NCBI GenBank assembly: GCA_038320345.1
Contig: JBBQED010000001.1
Span: 194,357-258,356 of the forward strand
Reading direction: 5' to 3'
Source: Bacteroidia bacterium
GTDB lineage: Bacteria > Bacteroidota > Bacteroidia > AKYH767-A > OLB10
Length of the DNA stretch: 64,000 nucleotides
Shown: positions 54,391-63,998 of the stretch, piece by piece
Numbering within the stretch: position 1 is the stretch's first letter
Layout: the number at the start of each line of letters is the position of its first letter
Made by a program: the position numbers and the translations under genes
The notes under the pieces: generated by a model
The model's input: only the letters and a program-made list of their open reading frames with translations
What the model was told of the DNA's origin: nothing
Databases searched by the model: none

Positions 54391-55554
54391 ATGTTACAAC
54401 CTTCATTTGATTCCTGGACGACCATCTTCCTTTTTGCAGCAATTCAAGGCCTCTTTGTAGCAATTGTTCTTTTCTTCATTAAGAAAGAAAATAGGTTGAA
54501 CAATTTTTTGCTTGCCTCCTATATATTTCTTTTTTCTGTTACGCTCATCGAATACGTTCTTTACTGGACGCATTATCTCCAACTTTATCCTCATATGATG
54601 GATGTAAGTGCAACCTTCCCGATGGTGTTTGGAGTGATCTTATATTTCTATTTCCGCAACGTGTTTGAAAATAAAGCGCTTTCAAAAAAGGATCTCTTAC
54701 ACCTGATCCCTTTCCTGCTTGCAGTACTATTATTACTCCCTCAATATTTAAGTACGGCCGCTGTTAAACTCATTTGGATGACAGGAGGTCAGGCGAAAGC
54801 ATCTGTTTTTCACTGGCCATTTCAACAGCAAACACTAATACGGATTTTTCCCTGGATTAAAATTGTGCATATGTTGATTTATGCTAGCTTCATTTCTTAT
54901 TCCTATACCTCCCTGAGTAAAACAAATCAAGAAGTAAGCTCGTGGTTCAATTGGCTGACAGGACTTTTCATCGCATTTATCGTGAGCTATGCCTCTTATT
55001 ATATTCTAGTCAATTTCGCATTTTTTAATGTGGAATGGGATTATATGATTTCCTTCTCTATGATGTTCGCCATCTATTTTATTGCATGGTTCGGATACCT
55101 GCAACCGAAAGTATTTAGTGGCTTTACAATAATAGATGCTATAAGAGGAGGTCCTCGTTATAAAAATTCTGCCCTCAATGAAGACATCAGTCAAGAAATT
55201 CTGACCCGATTAAACACCTTAATGCACACTGAAAAAGTTTATCGGGAAAATGATTTACGACTTGAGAAATTAGCAGGGATCTTATCCGTCTCCAAGCATC
55301 ACCTTTCTCAAGTTATCAATGAGCAAACAGAGATGAATTACTTTGAATACATCAATCATCTCAGGATCGAGGAAGCCAAAGAGTTACTCATTCAAAAGAC
55401 CAAGAAAGAACTCAATATCATCGAAGTTGCTTTTATGGTTGGGTTTAATAATAAAGTCTCCTTTAACAACACCTTCAAAAAAATAGTCGGAAAAACTCCA
55501 ACAGAATTTCGTAATGCTTGTTGGCAAGAACAGGAAAAATCCCATTTTCAGTAA
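54391..55554 (+). CDS. AraC-family transcriptional regulator with polytopic N-terminal membrane domain
   Basis: About 7 hydrophobic helices precede the AraC HTH pair 'LEKLAGILSVSKHHLSQVINE' and 'IIEVAFMVGFNNKVSFNNTFKKIVGKTPTEFR'. Confidence 0.85.
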   Translation: MLQPSFDSWTTIFLFAAIQGLFVAIVLFFIKKENRLNNFLLASYIFLFSVTLIEYVLYWTHYLQLYPHMMDVSATFPMVFGVILYFYFRNVFENKALSKKDLLHLIPFLLAVLLLLPQYLSTAAVKLIWMTGGQAKASVFHWPFQQQTLIRIFPWIKIVHMLIYASFISYSYTSLSKTNQEVSSWFNWLTGLFIAFIVSYASYYILVNFAFFNVEWDYMISFSMMFAIYFIAWFGYLQPKVFSGFTIIDAIRGGPRYKNSALNEDISQEILTRLNTLMHTEKVYRENDLRLEKLAGILSVSKHHLSQVINEQTEMNYFEYINHLRIEEAKELLIQKTKKELNIIEVAFMVGFNNKVSFNNTFKKIVGKTPTEFRNACWQEQEKSHFQ

Positions 55555-55610
55555 ATCTCGATCCGTTTTACCCTGTTTTTTCTACCCCGTGCTTTCATTT
55601 GCAATAAATT

Positions 55611-57380
55611 ATGAAAGCCATGAAAAACTTTACCGGATTGCTAATGCTCTTCTCCATTATCTCGTCTGCACTTTGTGCACAAGGAGGATTTAAAAAAATT
55701 ACAGACCCCAACAATCCTATCACCAACTTTACTACAGCTGGAATCTATAAAGGAGCTGCTTGGATTGATTTTGATAATGATAATGACCTGGACCTCTTTG
55801 CTGGACATAATTTCTTGTTTAGGAATGATGGTAACGGCGTCTTTGTACAAATCGTGAATCCCTTTAATTTCACTCCGGCGCAACAATTTGTTACCGGAAC
55901 TTCTTGGGCCGACATCAATAATGATGGCTATATTGATTGCCTTTTGGCTCAAGATCCTTCCCTTGTTTTTATGAACAACGGAAATGGTACTTTTACGGAT
56001 GTCTCATCACAGATCCCCAATTTTAGCACGTATCCTTCGTGGGGTTGCGCCATAGGGGATTGGAATAAAGATCAATTTCTTGATTTTACCTTTGTACACG
56101 CAGCAGGTTTCCATGCTACCGGTCCTTTTCCGAGTAAACTCTATCTGAACACCAACAATCAAATTACACCGCAAAACATCTCGGGGTATTTATTAACTGA
56201 TTCCATAAAACCTTTCACTGTACCTTATTGGAGCGATTATGATCTTGATGGCGACATGGATCTATTTATTGCAAGTGGCCCCGGTGGTTCTCCTGGTCCG
56301 GATTTCTGTTATAAAAATCTAAAGATGGAAACAGGGCTGGATACTTTCGCGTTGATGACAACAGAATTATTTACTACTCAATTACAAGATGGACAATGTT
56401 ATAATTTTATTGACTTCGATAATGATCAGGACTTAGATTTATGCCTAACGAATTATCAAGGAGCATTAACTCAACTGTATGTAAATAACAATGGGGTGTA
56501 CTCCACAATAGTAACTCCATTCACCGAACAAGTATCTAATCTAAGTAATGATTGGGGCGATTTTGATAACGATGGAGATCTCGATGTAATGATAACGAAT
56601 GATCATCGGCAATGTAGATACTACAAGAATCTTGGGAATGGAACATTTGCACCCTATATAATTTTGGGAATCTCCGGTAGTGGAGGAATAACGAATGGGG
56701 ATTATGATAATGATGGAGATCTGGATGTGTTTATTCATGGTGCGAGTTTCGCAAGAGCACTTTTTGAAAATGATTCTGCGGCCATTGGTAATAATTGGAT
56801 TAATATAAAATGCACGGGTACCGTTTCTAATAAATCAGCTATAGGAACTATCGTTAAATTAAAAGCTACTATCAATGGGAATTCGGTTTGGCAGATGAGA
56901 GAAATAAATGCACAAAACTCTTTTCAAGGTCAAAATGATTTGCGAGTTCATTTTGGATTAGGAAATGCGACAATGGTGGATTCGCTGATTCTAAAATATT
57001 CTTCCGGCATAGCAGATACTCTCATCAATATTCCGGTGAATCAGTTTTACTGTCATGAAGAAGGCTCGAACGCACTTTGTTTTACAACCTCTATAAAAGA
57101 AAATATTCCTGCAAAACTTAATTTTGATCTATTTCCTGAGCCCGCTACCGACCTCTTAAATATGCGATTTAAATCTCCTCTCAGTATCGAAAATATTCAA
57201 ATTAAAATCTTCGATTTGCAAGGAAAAATTTTATATCAAGAAGAAAGGTCAAAAGTCGAAACGAGCACTGTCATAAATATTGCTGCGTTATCTGCCGGTG
57301 TTTATTTCATAACGGTAGAGGGAAACAATTTCCATGCTGGAGAAAAGTTCATCAAAATAAATACTAGCGTAAAACAATAA
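55611..57380 (+). CDS. FG-GAP/VCBS repeat + ASPIC/UnbV (CRTAC1-like) protein with T9SS type A C-terminal sorting domain
   Basis: Repeated 'DFDNDNDLDLF', 'DINNDGYID', 'DYDLDGDMDLF', 'DFDNDGDLDV' and 'DYDNDGDLDVF' units are present. The UnbV-like segment is 'NNWINIKCTGTVSNKSAIGTIVKL...RVHFGLG'. The C-terminus is 'LFPEPATDLLNMRF...IKIFDLQGKIL...GVYFITV'. Confidence 0.85.
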   Translation: MKAMKNFTGLLMLFSIISSALCAQGGFKKITDPNNPITNFTTAGIYKGAAWIDFDNDNDLDLFAGHNFLFRNDGNGVFVQIVNPFNFTPAQQFVTGTSWADINNDGYIDCLLAQDPSLVFMNNGNGTFTDVSSQIPNFSTYPSWGCAIGDWNKDQFLDFTFVHAAGFHATGPFPSKLYLNTNNQITPQNISGYLLTDSIKPFTVPYWSDYDLDGDMDLFIASGPGGSPGPDFCYKNLKMETGLDTFALMTTELFTTQLQDGQCYNFIDFDNDQDLDLCLTNYQGALTQLYVNNNGVYSTIVTPFTEQVSNLSNDWGDFDNDGDLDVMITNDHRQCRYYKNLGNGTFAPYIILGISGSGGITNGDYDNDGDLDVFIHGASFARALFENDSAAIGNNWINIKCTGTVSNKSAIGTIVKLKATINGNSVWQMREINAQNSFQGQNDLRVHFGLGNATMVDSLILKYSSGIADTLINIPVNQFYCHEEGSNALCFTTSIKENIPAKLNFDLFPEPATDLLNMRFKSPLSIENIQIKIFDLQGKILYQEERSKVETSTVINIAALSAGVYFITVEGNNFHAGEKFIKINTSVKQ

Positions 57381-57407
57381 TTCCTTCTTCCACTAAACTT
57401 TACATCT

Positions 57408-57520
57408 GGGCGTTCCCTTACCTGCTGCTATGCACCAGGTAAGGTCAGGCTTTCCGTTTCAATCTTTTTTCCCACCCGCAATCCACACTCAAAAAAGGAT
57501 TTTCACTGCAATCCTTAACG
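57408..57520. repeat. GC-rich structured intergenic element (REP-like): two hairpins plus two degenerate direct 20-mers
   Basis: Hairpin 1 is CCTTACCTG (57416-57424) paired with CAGGTAAGG (57436-57444). Hairpin 2 is AAGGATT (57495-57501) paired with AATCCTT (57510-57516). The direct units GGCTTTCCGTTTCAATCTTT (57448) and GGATTTTCACTGCAATCCTT (57497) share 14 of 20 positions. Confidence 0.4.
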
Positions 57521-57687
57521 CAAACTGTCATTAAAAATGTAATGGTCTGCTGCCCACTTTGTTTTTTACTCTCCCAAAAAATTCTTAACTTATTCTAAAA
57601 AAATAATCGAAATTGTCTTTCTAAAAACTACTTTTTGAAATCGTGATGGTGGCTCTTTTCACTAAATTTGAGCTAAATTATTTCACA

Positions 57688-58266
57688 ATGTCTATTGGTC
57701 TTTTTATCGACGCTTCTTATTGCTATAAAGTATTTCGTGATAAAATAGATTATATCAAACTTCGTCAGCATATCGAAATAACAATGGGTGATACCATTGA
57801 TGAAGCCTATTACTTTAGCGCGGATAACGATCCTCCTGTTGCTGCGAACATGCACGCTTTCTTAAGTACACCTTATCCTGCAGGTCCGGGTTTTAGAGTG
57901 AAGATTTACAGAATGAGTAAAAAAAATCTCTTTTGGCCAGATCACTTGGGCGGGAATCCTGTAACTCACCCCACTGAAAAAAATACTTTTTATGAACTAA
58001 GAAGCCAGAAAGGTGTTGATGTAGGATTAGTATTTCATATGACCCGTTCCTATTACCGCAGAAAATGGTCGCACTTGGTTTTAGTTGCGGGTGATGGAGA
58101 TTTTAATGAGCCCGTTCAAAATCTTGTGGAGGCAGAAGGTGTTGATCTCGTTCTTGTTGGTTCCACTTCCACGATCTCTTCAGAACTTCAATCCTATGCC
58201 CGTTCTATTATCGAAATCGATAAGGAGCCTCTTCATCAGCAATTACTTTTGTCTGCTAAAATCTAG
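57688..58266 (+). CDS. NYN-domain (LabA/DUF88-like) predicted ribonuclease
   Basis: 'IGLFIDASYCY', 'QKGVDVGLV' and 'LVLVAGDGDFNEPVQNLVEAEGVDLVLVG' follow the NYN acidic-residue pattern. The ATG at 57688 is preferred over the GTG track start at 57643. Confidence 0.75.
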   Translation: MSIGLFIDASYCYKVFRDKIDYIKLRQHIEITMGDTIDEAYYFSADNDPPVAANMHAFLSTPYPAGPGFRVKIYRMSKKNLFWPDHLGGNPVTHPTEKNTFYELRSQKGVDVGLVFHMTRSYYRRKWSHLVLVAGDGDFNEPVQNLVEAEGVDLVLVGSTSTISSELQSYARSIIEIDKEPLHQQLLLSAKI

Positions 58267-58274
58267 TGCGTACA

Positions 58275-58877
58275 ATGGATCTCTTTAATCCGGATTCCAG
58301 AACCAATATTCTTCCATCGGGAGGAACTGCCATTTATTATGGTCGAATCTTCAACCTTGAAATAGCAAATTTTTACCTCGATGAATTATTGAATACTATT
58401 CCCTGGAAAAATGATGAAGCACTGGTTTTTGGTAAGTTGATTATTACAAAAAGAAAAGTGGCTTGGTATGGCGATAGTGCTTTTTCTTATACGTATTCCA
58501 ACATTACTCGGCAAGCATTAGTGTGGACCAATGAATTATTGGCGCTCAAAAAAATAACAGAAGAAATTACAGGATCAACTTTTAATTCCTGCTTGTTGAA
58601 TTTATACCATAGTGGTGACGAAGGCGTAACCTGGCATAGTGATGATGAAAAGACACTCCTTAAAAATGGTACTATTGCCTCTATTAGTTTTGGTGCCGAA
58701 CGAAAATTTTCTTTTAAGCATAAACATACCGGCACTTCAACTTCTGTACTTCTGGAACATGGAAGCTTACTTGAGATGAAAGATGAAATTCAAAGCAATT
58801 GGTTACATAGCTTACCGAAGTCTAAAAAAATAACAACCCCCAGAATAAACCTTACCTTCAGAACAATTTTGCGCTGA
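58275..58877 (+). CDS. alkB: Fe(II)/2-oxoglutarate-dependent dioxygenase AlkB (ALKBH2/3-like)
   Basis: 'LLNLYHSGDEGVTWHSDDE', 'ISFGAERKFSFKH', 'LEHGSLLEM', 'WLHSLPK' and 'RINLTFR' are present. A GTG at 58266 would overlap the upstream TAG by 1 nt; the first ATG is 58275. Confidence 0.85.
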   Translation: MDLFNPDSRTNILPSGGTAIYYGRIFNLEIANFYLDELLNTIPWKNDEALVFGKLIITKRKVAWYGDSAFSYTYSNITRQALVWTNELLALKKITEEITGSTFNSCLLNLYHSGDEGVTWHSDDEKTLLKNGTIASISFGAERKFSFKHKHTGTSTSVLLEHGSLLEMKDEIQSNWLHSLPKSKKITTPRINLTFRTILR

Positions 58878-58906
58878 CAAAACGTGATCTCTTAAGGGGT
58901 CTCCTT

Positions 58907-59752
58907 CTAAAACATTATTCCTAATGTAAGCCCTCCAGTTAAGGTCATCGGAAAGTTCTTTCCTAAATAAACATGACTATAAGCATAAGGCTCGAATTCA
59001 AGATCATTATAATCTGTACTGTTTAAATTAGGATCCGCTTTATAACTACTATGCTGATATCCATAACCCATTCCAAAATACCAATCTAGTGTCAATATAT
59101 CTCCTAAAAGATATTGCTTACCAAAAATAATATTGAAAGCAAGATTATCATAGGTGATCCGCTTTTTAACAGTATTTACAGTCTGATCCTGCCAGAAATG
59201 ATTATAGATAAGTTCGGGTTTAATATATGCACCTCTTAATGGATGTGACCTTCTTTCTCCTCTGTAATAATAATCCTTTCCAGTCCAAAATTTTGGTCCT
59301 GCTTTAAAATAAACGCCTGAAGCATTTGGCCTTCCATCTCCTAATCCTACACCAATCAATCCTATTTTACCTTCTAAATTCATTCCTTTTTTTAACACTG
59401 TTTCATAGCCAAAAGCAAGACTGTAATACAAAGGTGAAAAAAATTGAAATTTGATGACATGTGTTTTTTCGCGTGCCCTTTCATCAGTTTCAGAGATCTG
59501 TAAAGGATCACTAAAAAAATTTATTACCGTTCCGTTAGCTAAAATAATTTTCCTGACTTTTGATTTTTCTAATACAATAATCGGTGCCTCATTCGCTCCC
59601 CATGGCAAATATTTTATTTCATCAATTCCGATTTCTGTAACCTTTACCACAAGAATTTCAGCATTTTTCACAAGCTGTAAAGTATCCTGTGCTTTTGTAA
59701 AAGTTGCGAGCAACAGGAAAAAACCCAGTACTATTATTCTGTGCGTTTGCAT
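58907..59752 (-). CDS. hypothetical outer-membrane beta-barrel protein
   Basis: The signal peptide is 'MQTHRIIVLGFFLLLATFTKAQ'. The sequence is Gly/Tyr-rich with alternating strands, and the C-terminus ends 'GLTLGIMF'. Confidence 0.5.
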   Translation of the reverse strand: MQTHRIIVLGFFLLLATFTKAQDTLQLVKNAEILVVKVTEIGIDEIKYLPWGANEAPIIVLEKSKVRKIILANGTVINFFSDPLQISETDERAREKTHVIKFQFFSPLYYSLAFGYETVLKKGMNLEGKIGLIGVGLGDGRPNASGVYFKAGPKFWTGKDYYYRGERRSHPLRGAYIKPELIYNHFWQDQTVNTVKKRITYDNLAFNIIFGKQYLLGDILTLDWYFGMGYGYQHSSYKADPNLNSTDYNDLEFEPYAYSHVYLGKNFPMTLTGGLTLGIMF

Positions 59753-60051
59753 CGATCTGATTTTAGTTAACGAAGATAAAAGATTAAATCCGCTAACTGT
59801 TTATTATTTCGTGTTCTTGTTTTATAAAATCTACTACTGTTGATGTTATCTTTTGCAAATTTTACTACTTCAAGCTCTGGTCATTAAAAAATCACACTTT
59901 CATCCTGCATTGCCTTCTTTTTTAGTAAAAACAGTACTTAGTTAGAACTCCTTCAGGTTTTCAACGGAAATGATTAGATAAGTCGCTGAAATGATGACAA
60001 TTCTCCCTACACTTTTCAGTAACTTTACATGTTAATTCCCGTTTATACAGT

Positions 60052-63000
60052 ATGCGATTTCCTGTTGTCATTATTGCATTTTCAGTTTTTGTGCTCGCTC
60101 TGCTTTTTGCAGGAGGGGTCTCCTTATGGAATGCCCTTTCTAACCCTTTGCAGATCAGTGCTCCACATGTTGAAAAAAGGGACCGAATGGATCTTGCGAT
60201 CAAACAGGAATTTGAACTTACTCGTGACCCAAATACAAATACAGTTCCCAGAGAACGATTGATGGCTGCTAGGAGTTATGCTGAACAGCTTCGTCAGAAT
60301 GCTCAGAATAATCGGATTGCCGGAGCTATTGCTGGAATTACTTGGTCAGAAAGAGGTCCAAAAAACGTTGGTGGTAGAACACGTGCGCTGATGGTTGATC
60401 CCAATGATCCCACCTTTAAATCTGTATTTGCTGCCGGTGTAGGAGGTGGACTATGGAAAACTACTGACATCACACAGCCTACCCCCTCCTGGGTTGCTGT
60501 AAATGATTTTTTCTCGAATATCGCTATTACTGCTTTATGTTATAATCCCACTAGTCCTAGTATTATGTATTTCGGTACTGGTGAAGGATGGTTTAATGGT
60601 GATGCTATAAATGGTGATGGGATCTGGAAAAGTATTGATGGTGGTCTTACTTTCACTCAACTGCTTTCCACTGCTGGAATAGCTAATTTCAGTTTCATTA
60701 ACAAAATAGTAGTTCACCCCACTACTGGAGATGTTTATGCAGCTACTTCAGCAGGTCTCTTTAGATCACAAAATGGAGGAACAACTTGGTCGAAAGTGTT
60801 AGGCACTGGTGTAGGTGGAGGAATTAATGCAATGGCCGATGTTGAAATTGCAGCTGATAATTCAGTTGTTGCTGCAACGGGTAGAATATTTTCCGGTGCC
60901 GATGGCGTTTATCGTTCTACTACCGGAAATTCAGGATCATTTGTAAAATTGAATACTGGAAACGGCTTCCCAACAACTGGATTTGAAAGAATCGAAATTG
61001 CATGTGCGCCTTCAAATGCTAGTGTGATATATGCGCTTACTCAAGATGTGAGTACATATGGGATCTTTAATATTTATAAAACAATTAATCAAGGAGTTTC
61101 TTGGACAGCCTGCGCATTACCTAATGATGCTGATCCCGGAATAGCTGCTGAATTTACAAGAGGACAAGCTTGGTATGATTTCTCAGCTGCAGTAGATCCT
61201 AATAATGCAAATACATTAGTAGTTGGTGGTGTCGATTTATTTAAATCAACGAATGGAGGAACCAGCTGGACTCAATTAAGTCATTGGTACGGTGGTTTTG
61301 GATTTCAAGAAGTTCACGCTGATCAACATGCAGCGATATATCAACCGGGAAGCTCTTCCGTAGTATACTTTGGAAATGATGGCGGTTGCTGGAGATCTTC
61401 AGACGGAGGAACAACCATAGCACAGAAATCTTATAATTATAATGTTACCCAGTATTATGCCTGTGCTATCAATCCTGGTTTAGGATCTAATCAGTTTATG
61501 GCTGGAGCTCAGGATAACGGTACTCAGCAATATAGTACTCCTGGAATAAATAATACGATTGAGGTTACTGGCGGTGATGGTGCTTATTGTCATATTGACC
61601 AGAGTGATCCCTTGATGCAGTATTCTTCTTATGTTTATAATAATATTTACCGGTCGAATGATGGGGGACTAACGTTCACGTCTATCCGTTCTTCTAATAA
61701 TGGTTCCTTTATTAATCCTAGCGATTTTGATGATACCGGAAATAATTTTTATGCTTGTTATCTCGGCGGACAATTTACCCGTCTCATCACTGCACATACC
61801 AGTACCACTTGGTCGAATATTTCGATCTCTCCGTTTAACGGAGCAAAAGTCACTTCGGTAACTGTTTCTCCTACTACCGCCAACCGCGTTTTCTTTGGCT
61901 TAAATAACGGAAGGGTGGTGCGAGTTGATAATGCAAATGCGGCGACGCCTACAGGTACTTGGATTAACAGTGGCACTGGAATGATAGGTTCGGTTAGCAT
62001 TTCTTCTATCGCCTGCGAAAAAGATGATGACACTCACTTGTTGGCTACCATCAGTAATTATGGTGTAAATAGTGTTTGGGAAACTAAAAATGGTGGAACA
62101 ACATGGACTTCCGTAGAAGGAAATCTTCCAGATATGCCGATACGTTGTGTTATGTTTAGTCCCCTCGATAGTTCAGATGCACTCGTTGCAACTGAAATTG
62201 GAGTTTGGACTACCGATAATTTGAATGGACCGGCTACTGTTTGGGGGCCTAGTAATTCAGGACTTGCAAACGTAAGAACGGATGACCTTCAAATAAGATC
62301 TTCCGATAATATCATCATTGCTGCTACTCATGGTCGTGGGTTGTTCAGTACTGATTTTTACGCTCCAGCACGACCAGATTTTACTGCTGACCTGAGATTA
62401 ATTTATAATGGTAAAACGATTGCCTTCACCGATGGTTCGGTAAAGGCAACTTCATGGCTATGGAATTTTGGAGATGGCTTTTCTTCCTCTTCTAAAAATC
62501 CAACACATACTTACGTTACTCCAGGTGTTTATAATGTTTCACTTCAAATCAATGGAACATTATCTGAAGTAAAGAATACCTATATTCAAGTATTACCGAA
62601 TCGCGGAACTCCCTATACTCCTGCTCTCGGCGGGAATTTTGAAAGTAATGTATTTGATTTTGGTGCCGAATCAACTGGTGGCACCAGCTGGCAACGTGGA
62701 AGCAGCGCAGTAGTGGGGAAAAACGGAACGAATAGTGGCTCCTATTCCTGGGTAACCAATCTCACTGGAAATTATTCCGATAATGCGTATGCTCTTTTTT
62801 ATACGCCTAATTATAATTTTACTGCTGCTGGAACTTATACCTTGCGCTTCTATCGAAAAAATAGTTGTGAATCAGGATACGATGGTTTTCAAGTAGAATA
62901 TTCATTGAACAAAGGAACAACTTGGGCTTTACTCGGAACTGCTGGCGCTGGTTGGTACGACTTTGCTAATGGTGCCGGAGGTACTGCATTCCCTGCAGGA

Positions 63001-63726
63001 TCTCCATTCTTCAATGCTGCACAAGCTGCCTTTGTACAAACCAATTATAATGTTAGCCCACTCGCAGGAAATGCGAATGTGGCTTTTCGTTTTGTGTTCC
63101 GTTCAGATGGATCCGTTAGCGCTCCCGGTGTTGCGTTGGATGATTTTCAAATCATAGGTCCAACCAATAATCCGTTACCTGTTACATTGGTTTCATTCAC
63201 CGGTCGCAGAGTGAATAATTATAATCAACTAAGTTGGACTACCCTTAGTGAAGTCAACAATAAAGGTTTTTTTGTGATGCGTTCTACAGATGGAAAAACG
63301 TTCACTGAAATTGGGTTTGTGAGTGGTTCTGGAACCGTTAATGACCAACGCGAATACAGTCTTAAAGATTTTGATTTAACAAACCGTGTCGTATATTATC
63401 GTTTGCGTCAAGTTGATTTTGATGGAAAAGAAGAGTACTCCCGCATCATTGCTCTAAGAAATACTGATGATAATGCCCTCTGGGTACAGCTCTTCCCAAT
63501 CCCGCTTCAAGATAATCTGAATCTATTGTTTGCCGAATCTTTAAATGGAAAAGTACTCCTCCGTATTTATGATTCTTCTGGAAGCTTAGTATTAAATAGA
63601 TCCGAACAGGTAAATGGAGTTACGTTTTCACTACCATTACCTGAAACACAATTTAAATCCGGAGTTTATTTTGTAGAAGTAACAAACGGATCCCGTGTAG
63701 TTAGGATCCGCGTAGTTAAATTATAA
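60052..63726 (+). CDS. BNR/Asp-box beta-propeller + PKD + beta-sandwich protein with T9SS type A C-terminal sorting domain
   Basis: The Asp-box motifs are SIDGGLTF, SQNGGTTW, TINQGVSW, STNGGTSW, SSDGGTT, SNDGGLTF and TKNGGTTW. The PKD motif is 'WLWNFGDGFSSSSKNPTHTYVTPGVYNVSL'. The pre-sorting domain begins 'PLPVTLVSF'. The C-terminus is 'LFPIPLQDNLNLLF...RIYDSSGSLV...GVYFVEV'. Confidence 0.85.
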   Translation: MRFPVVIIAFSVFVLALLFAGGVSLWNALSNPLQISAPHVEKRDRMDLAIKQEFELTRDPNTNTVPRERLMAARSYAEQLRQNAQNNRIAGAIAGITWSERGPKNVGGRTRALMVDPNDPTFKSVFAAGVGGGLWKTTDITQPTPSWVAVNDFFSNIAITALCYNPTSPSIMYFGTGEGWFNGDAINGDGIWKSIDGGLTFTQLLSTAGIANFSFINKIVVHPTTGDVYAATSAGLFRSQNGGTTWSKVLGTGVGGGINAMADVEIAADNSVVAATGRIFSGADGVYRSTTGNSGSFVKLNTGNGFPTTGFERIEIACAPSNASVIYALTQDVSTYGIFNIYKTINQGVSWTACALPNDADPGIAAEFTRGQAWYDFSAAVDPNNANTLVVGGVDLFKSTNGGTSWTQLSHWYGGFGFQEVHADQHAAIYQPGSSSVVYFGNDGGCWRSSDGGTTIAQKSYNYNVTQYYACAINPGLGSNQFMAGAQDNGTQQYSTPGINNTIEVTGGDGAYCHIDQSDPLMQYSSYVYNNIYRSNDGGLTFTSIRSSNNGSFINPSDFDDTGNNFYACYLGGQFTRLITAHTSTTWSNISISPFNGAKVTSVTVSPTTANRVFFGLNNGRVVRVDNANAATPTGTWINSGTGMIGSVSISSIACEKDDDTHLLATISNYGVNSVWETKNGGTTWTSVEGNLPDMPIRCVMFSPLDSSDALVATEIGVWTTDNLNGPATVWGPSNSGLANVRTDDLQIRSSDNIIIAATHGRGLFSTDFYAPARPDFTADLRLIYNGKTIAFTDGSVKATSWLWNFGDGFSSSSKNPTHTYVTPGVYNVSLQINGTLSEVKNTYIQVLPNRGTPYTPALGGNFESNVFDFGAESTGGTSWQRGSSAVVGKNGTNSGSYSWVTNLTGNYSDNAYALFYTPNYNFTAAGTYTLRFYRKNSCESGYDGFQVEYSLNKGTTWALLGTAGAGWYDFANGAGGTAFPAGSPFFNAAQAAFVQTNYNVSPLAGNANVAFRFVFRSDGSVSAPGVALDDFQIIGPTNNPLPVTLVSFTGRRVNNYNQLSWTTLSEVNNKGFFVMRSTDGKTFTEIGFVSGSGTVNDQREYSLKDFDLTNRVVYYRLRQVDFDGKEEYSRIIALRNTDDNALWVQLFPIPLQDNLNLLFAESLNGKVLLRIYDSSGSLVLNRSEQVNGVTFSLPLPETQFKSGVYFVEVTNGSRVVRIRVVKL

Positions 63727-63803
63727 AAGTATTTCGGAATTTCTTTAGAAGATTACCGTGAATGCTATTAAAAAAGTAATTAGAAATATCAATGTAAGTG
63801 CAA

Positions 63804-63998
63804 TCAGAAAAATAACATCAGCCCCCTTTTCATAAAAGTAAGGTCTTCTTTAGATGTTCTGATAGAGAGAAAGGATAGCACACTTGACATAATTAATAGT
63901 ATAGCGGCAACTCCAGTAAATTCGTCGATCATCGAAACATCGCTGTAACTTGAAATTTTCAGCGATGTTAATACTACCAAGCAAAATCCAAGTAAGTT
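63804..63998 (-). CDS. possible 3' end of a membrane-protein gene whose start lies beyond the window
   Basis: The minus-strand frame is open from the window edge to TGA (63804-63806). It translates as '...LGFCLVVLTSLKISSYSDVSMIDEFTGVAAILLIMSSVLSFLSIRTSKEDLTFMKRGLMLFF'. It is absent from the ORF track because the start is missing. Confidence 0.3.
   Translation of the reverse strand, partial: NLLGFCLVVLTSLKISSYSDVSMIDEFTGVAAILLIMSSVLSFLSIRTSKEDLTFMKRGLMLFF

Noticed and set aside
59451-59843. A 130-aa plus-strand ORF overlaps the start of the minus-strand barrel gene.
   Set aside because: It is antisense to a gene with a signal peptide and a barrel-type C-terminus. Its translation is Phe/Ser/Ile-rich and typical of AT-rich antisense frames.
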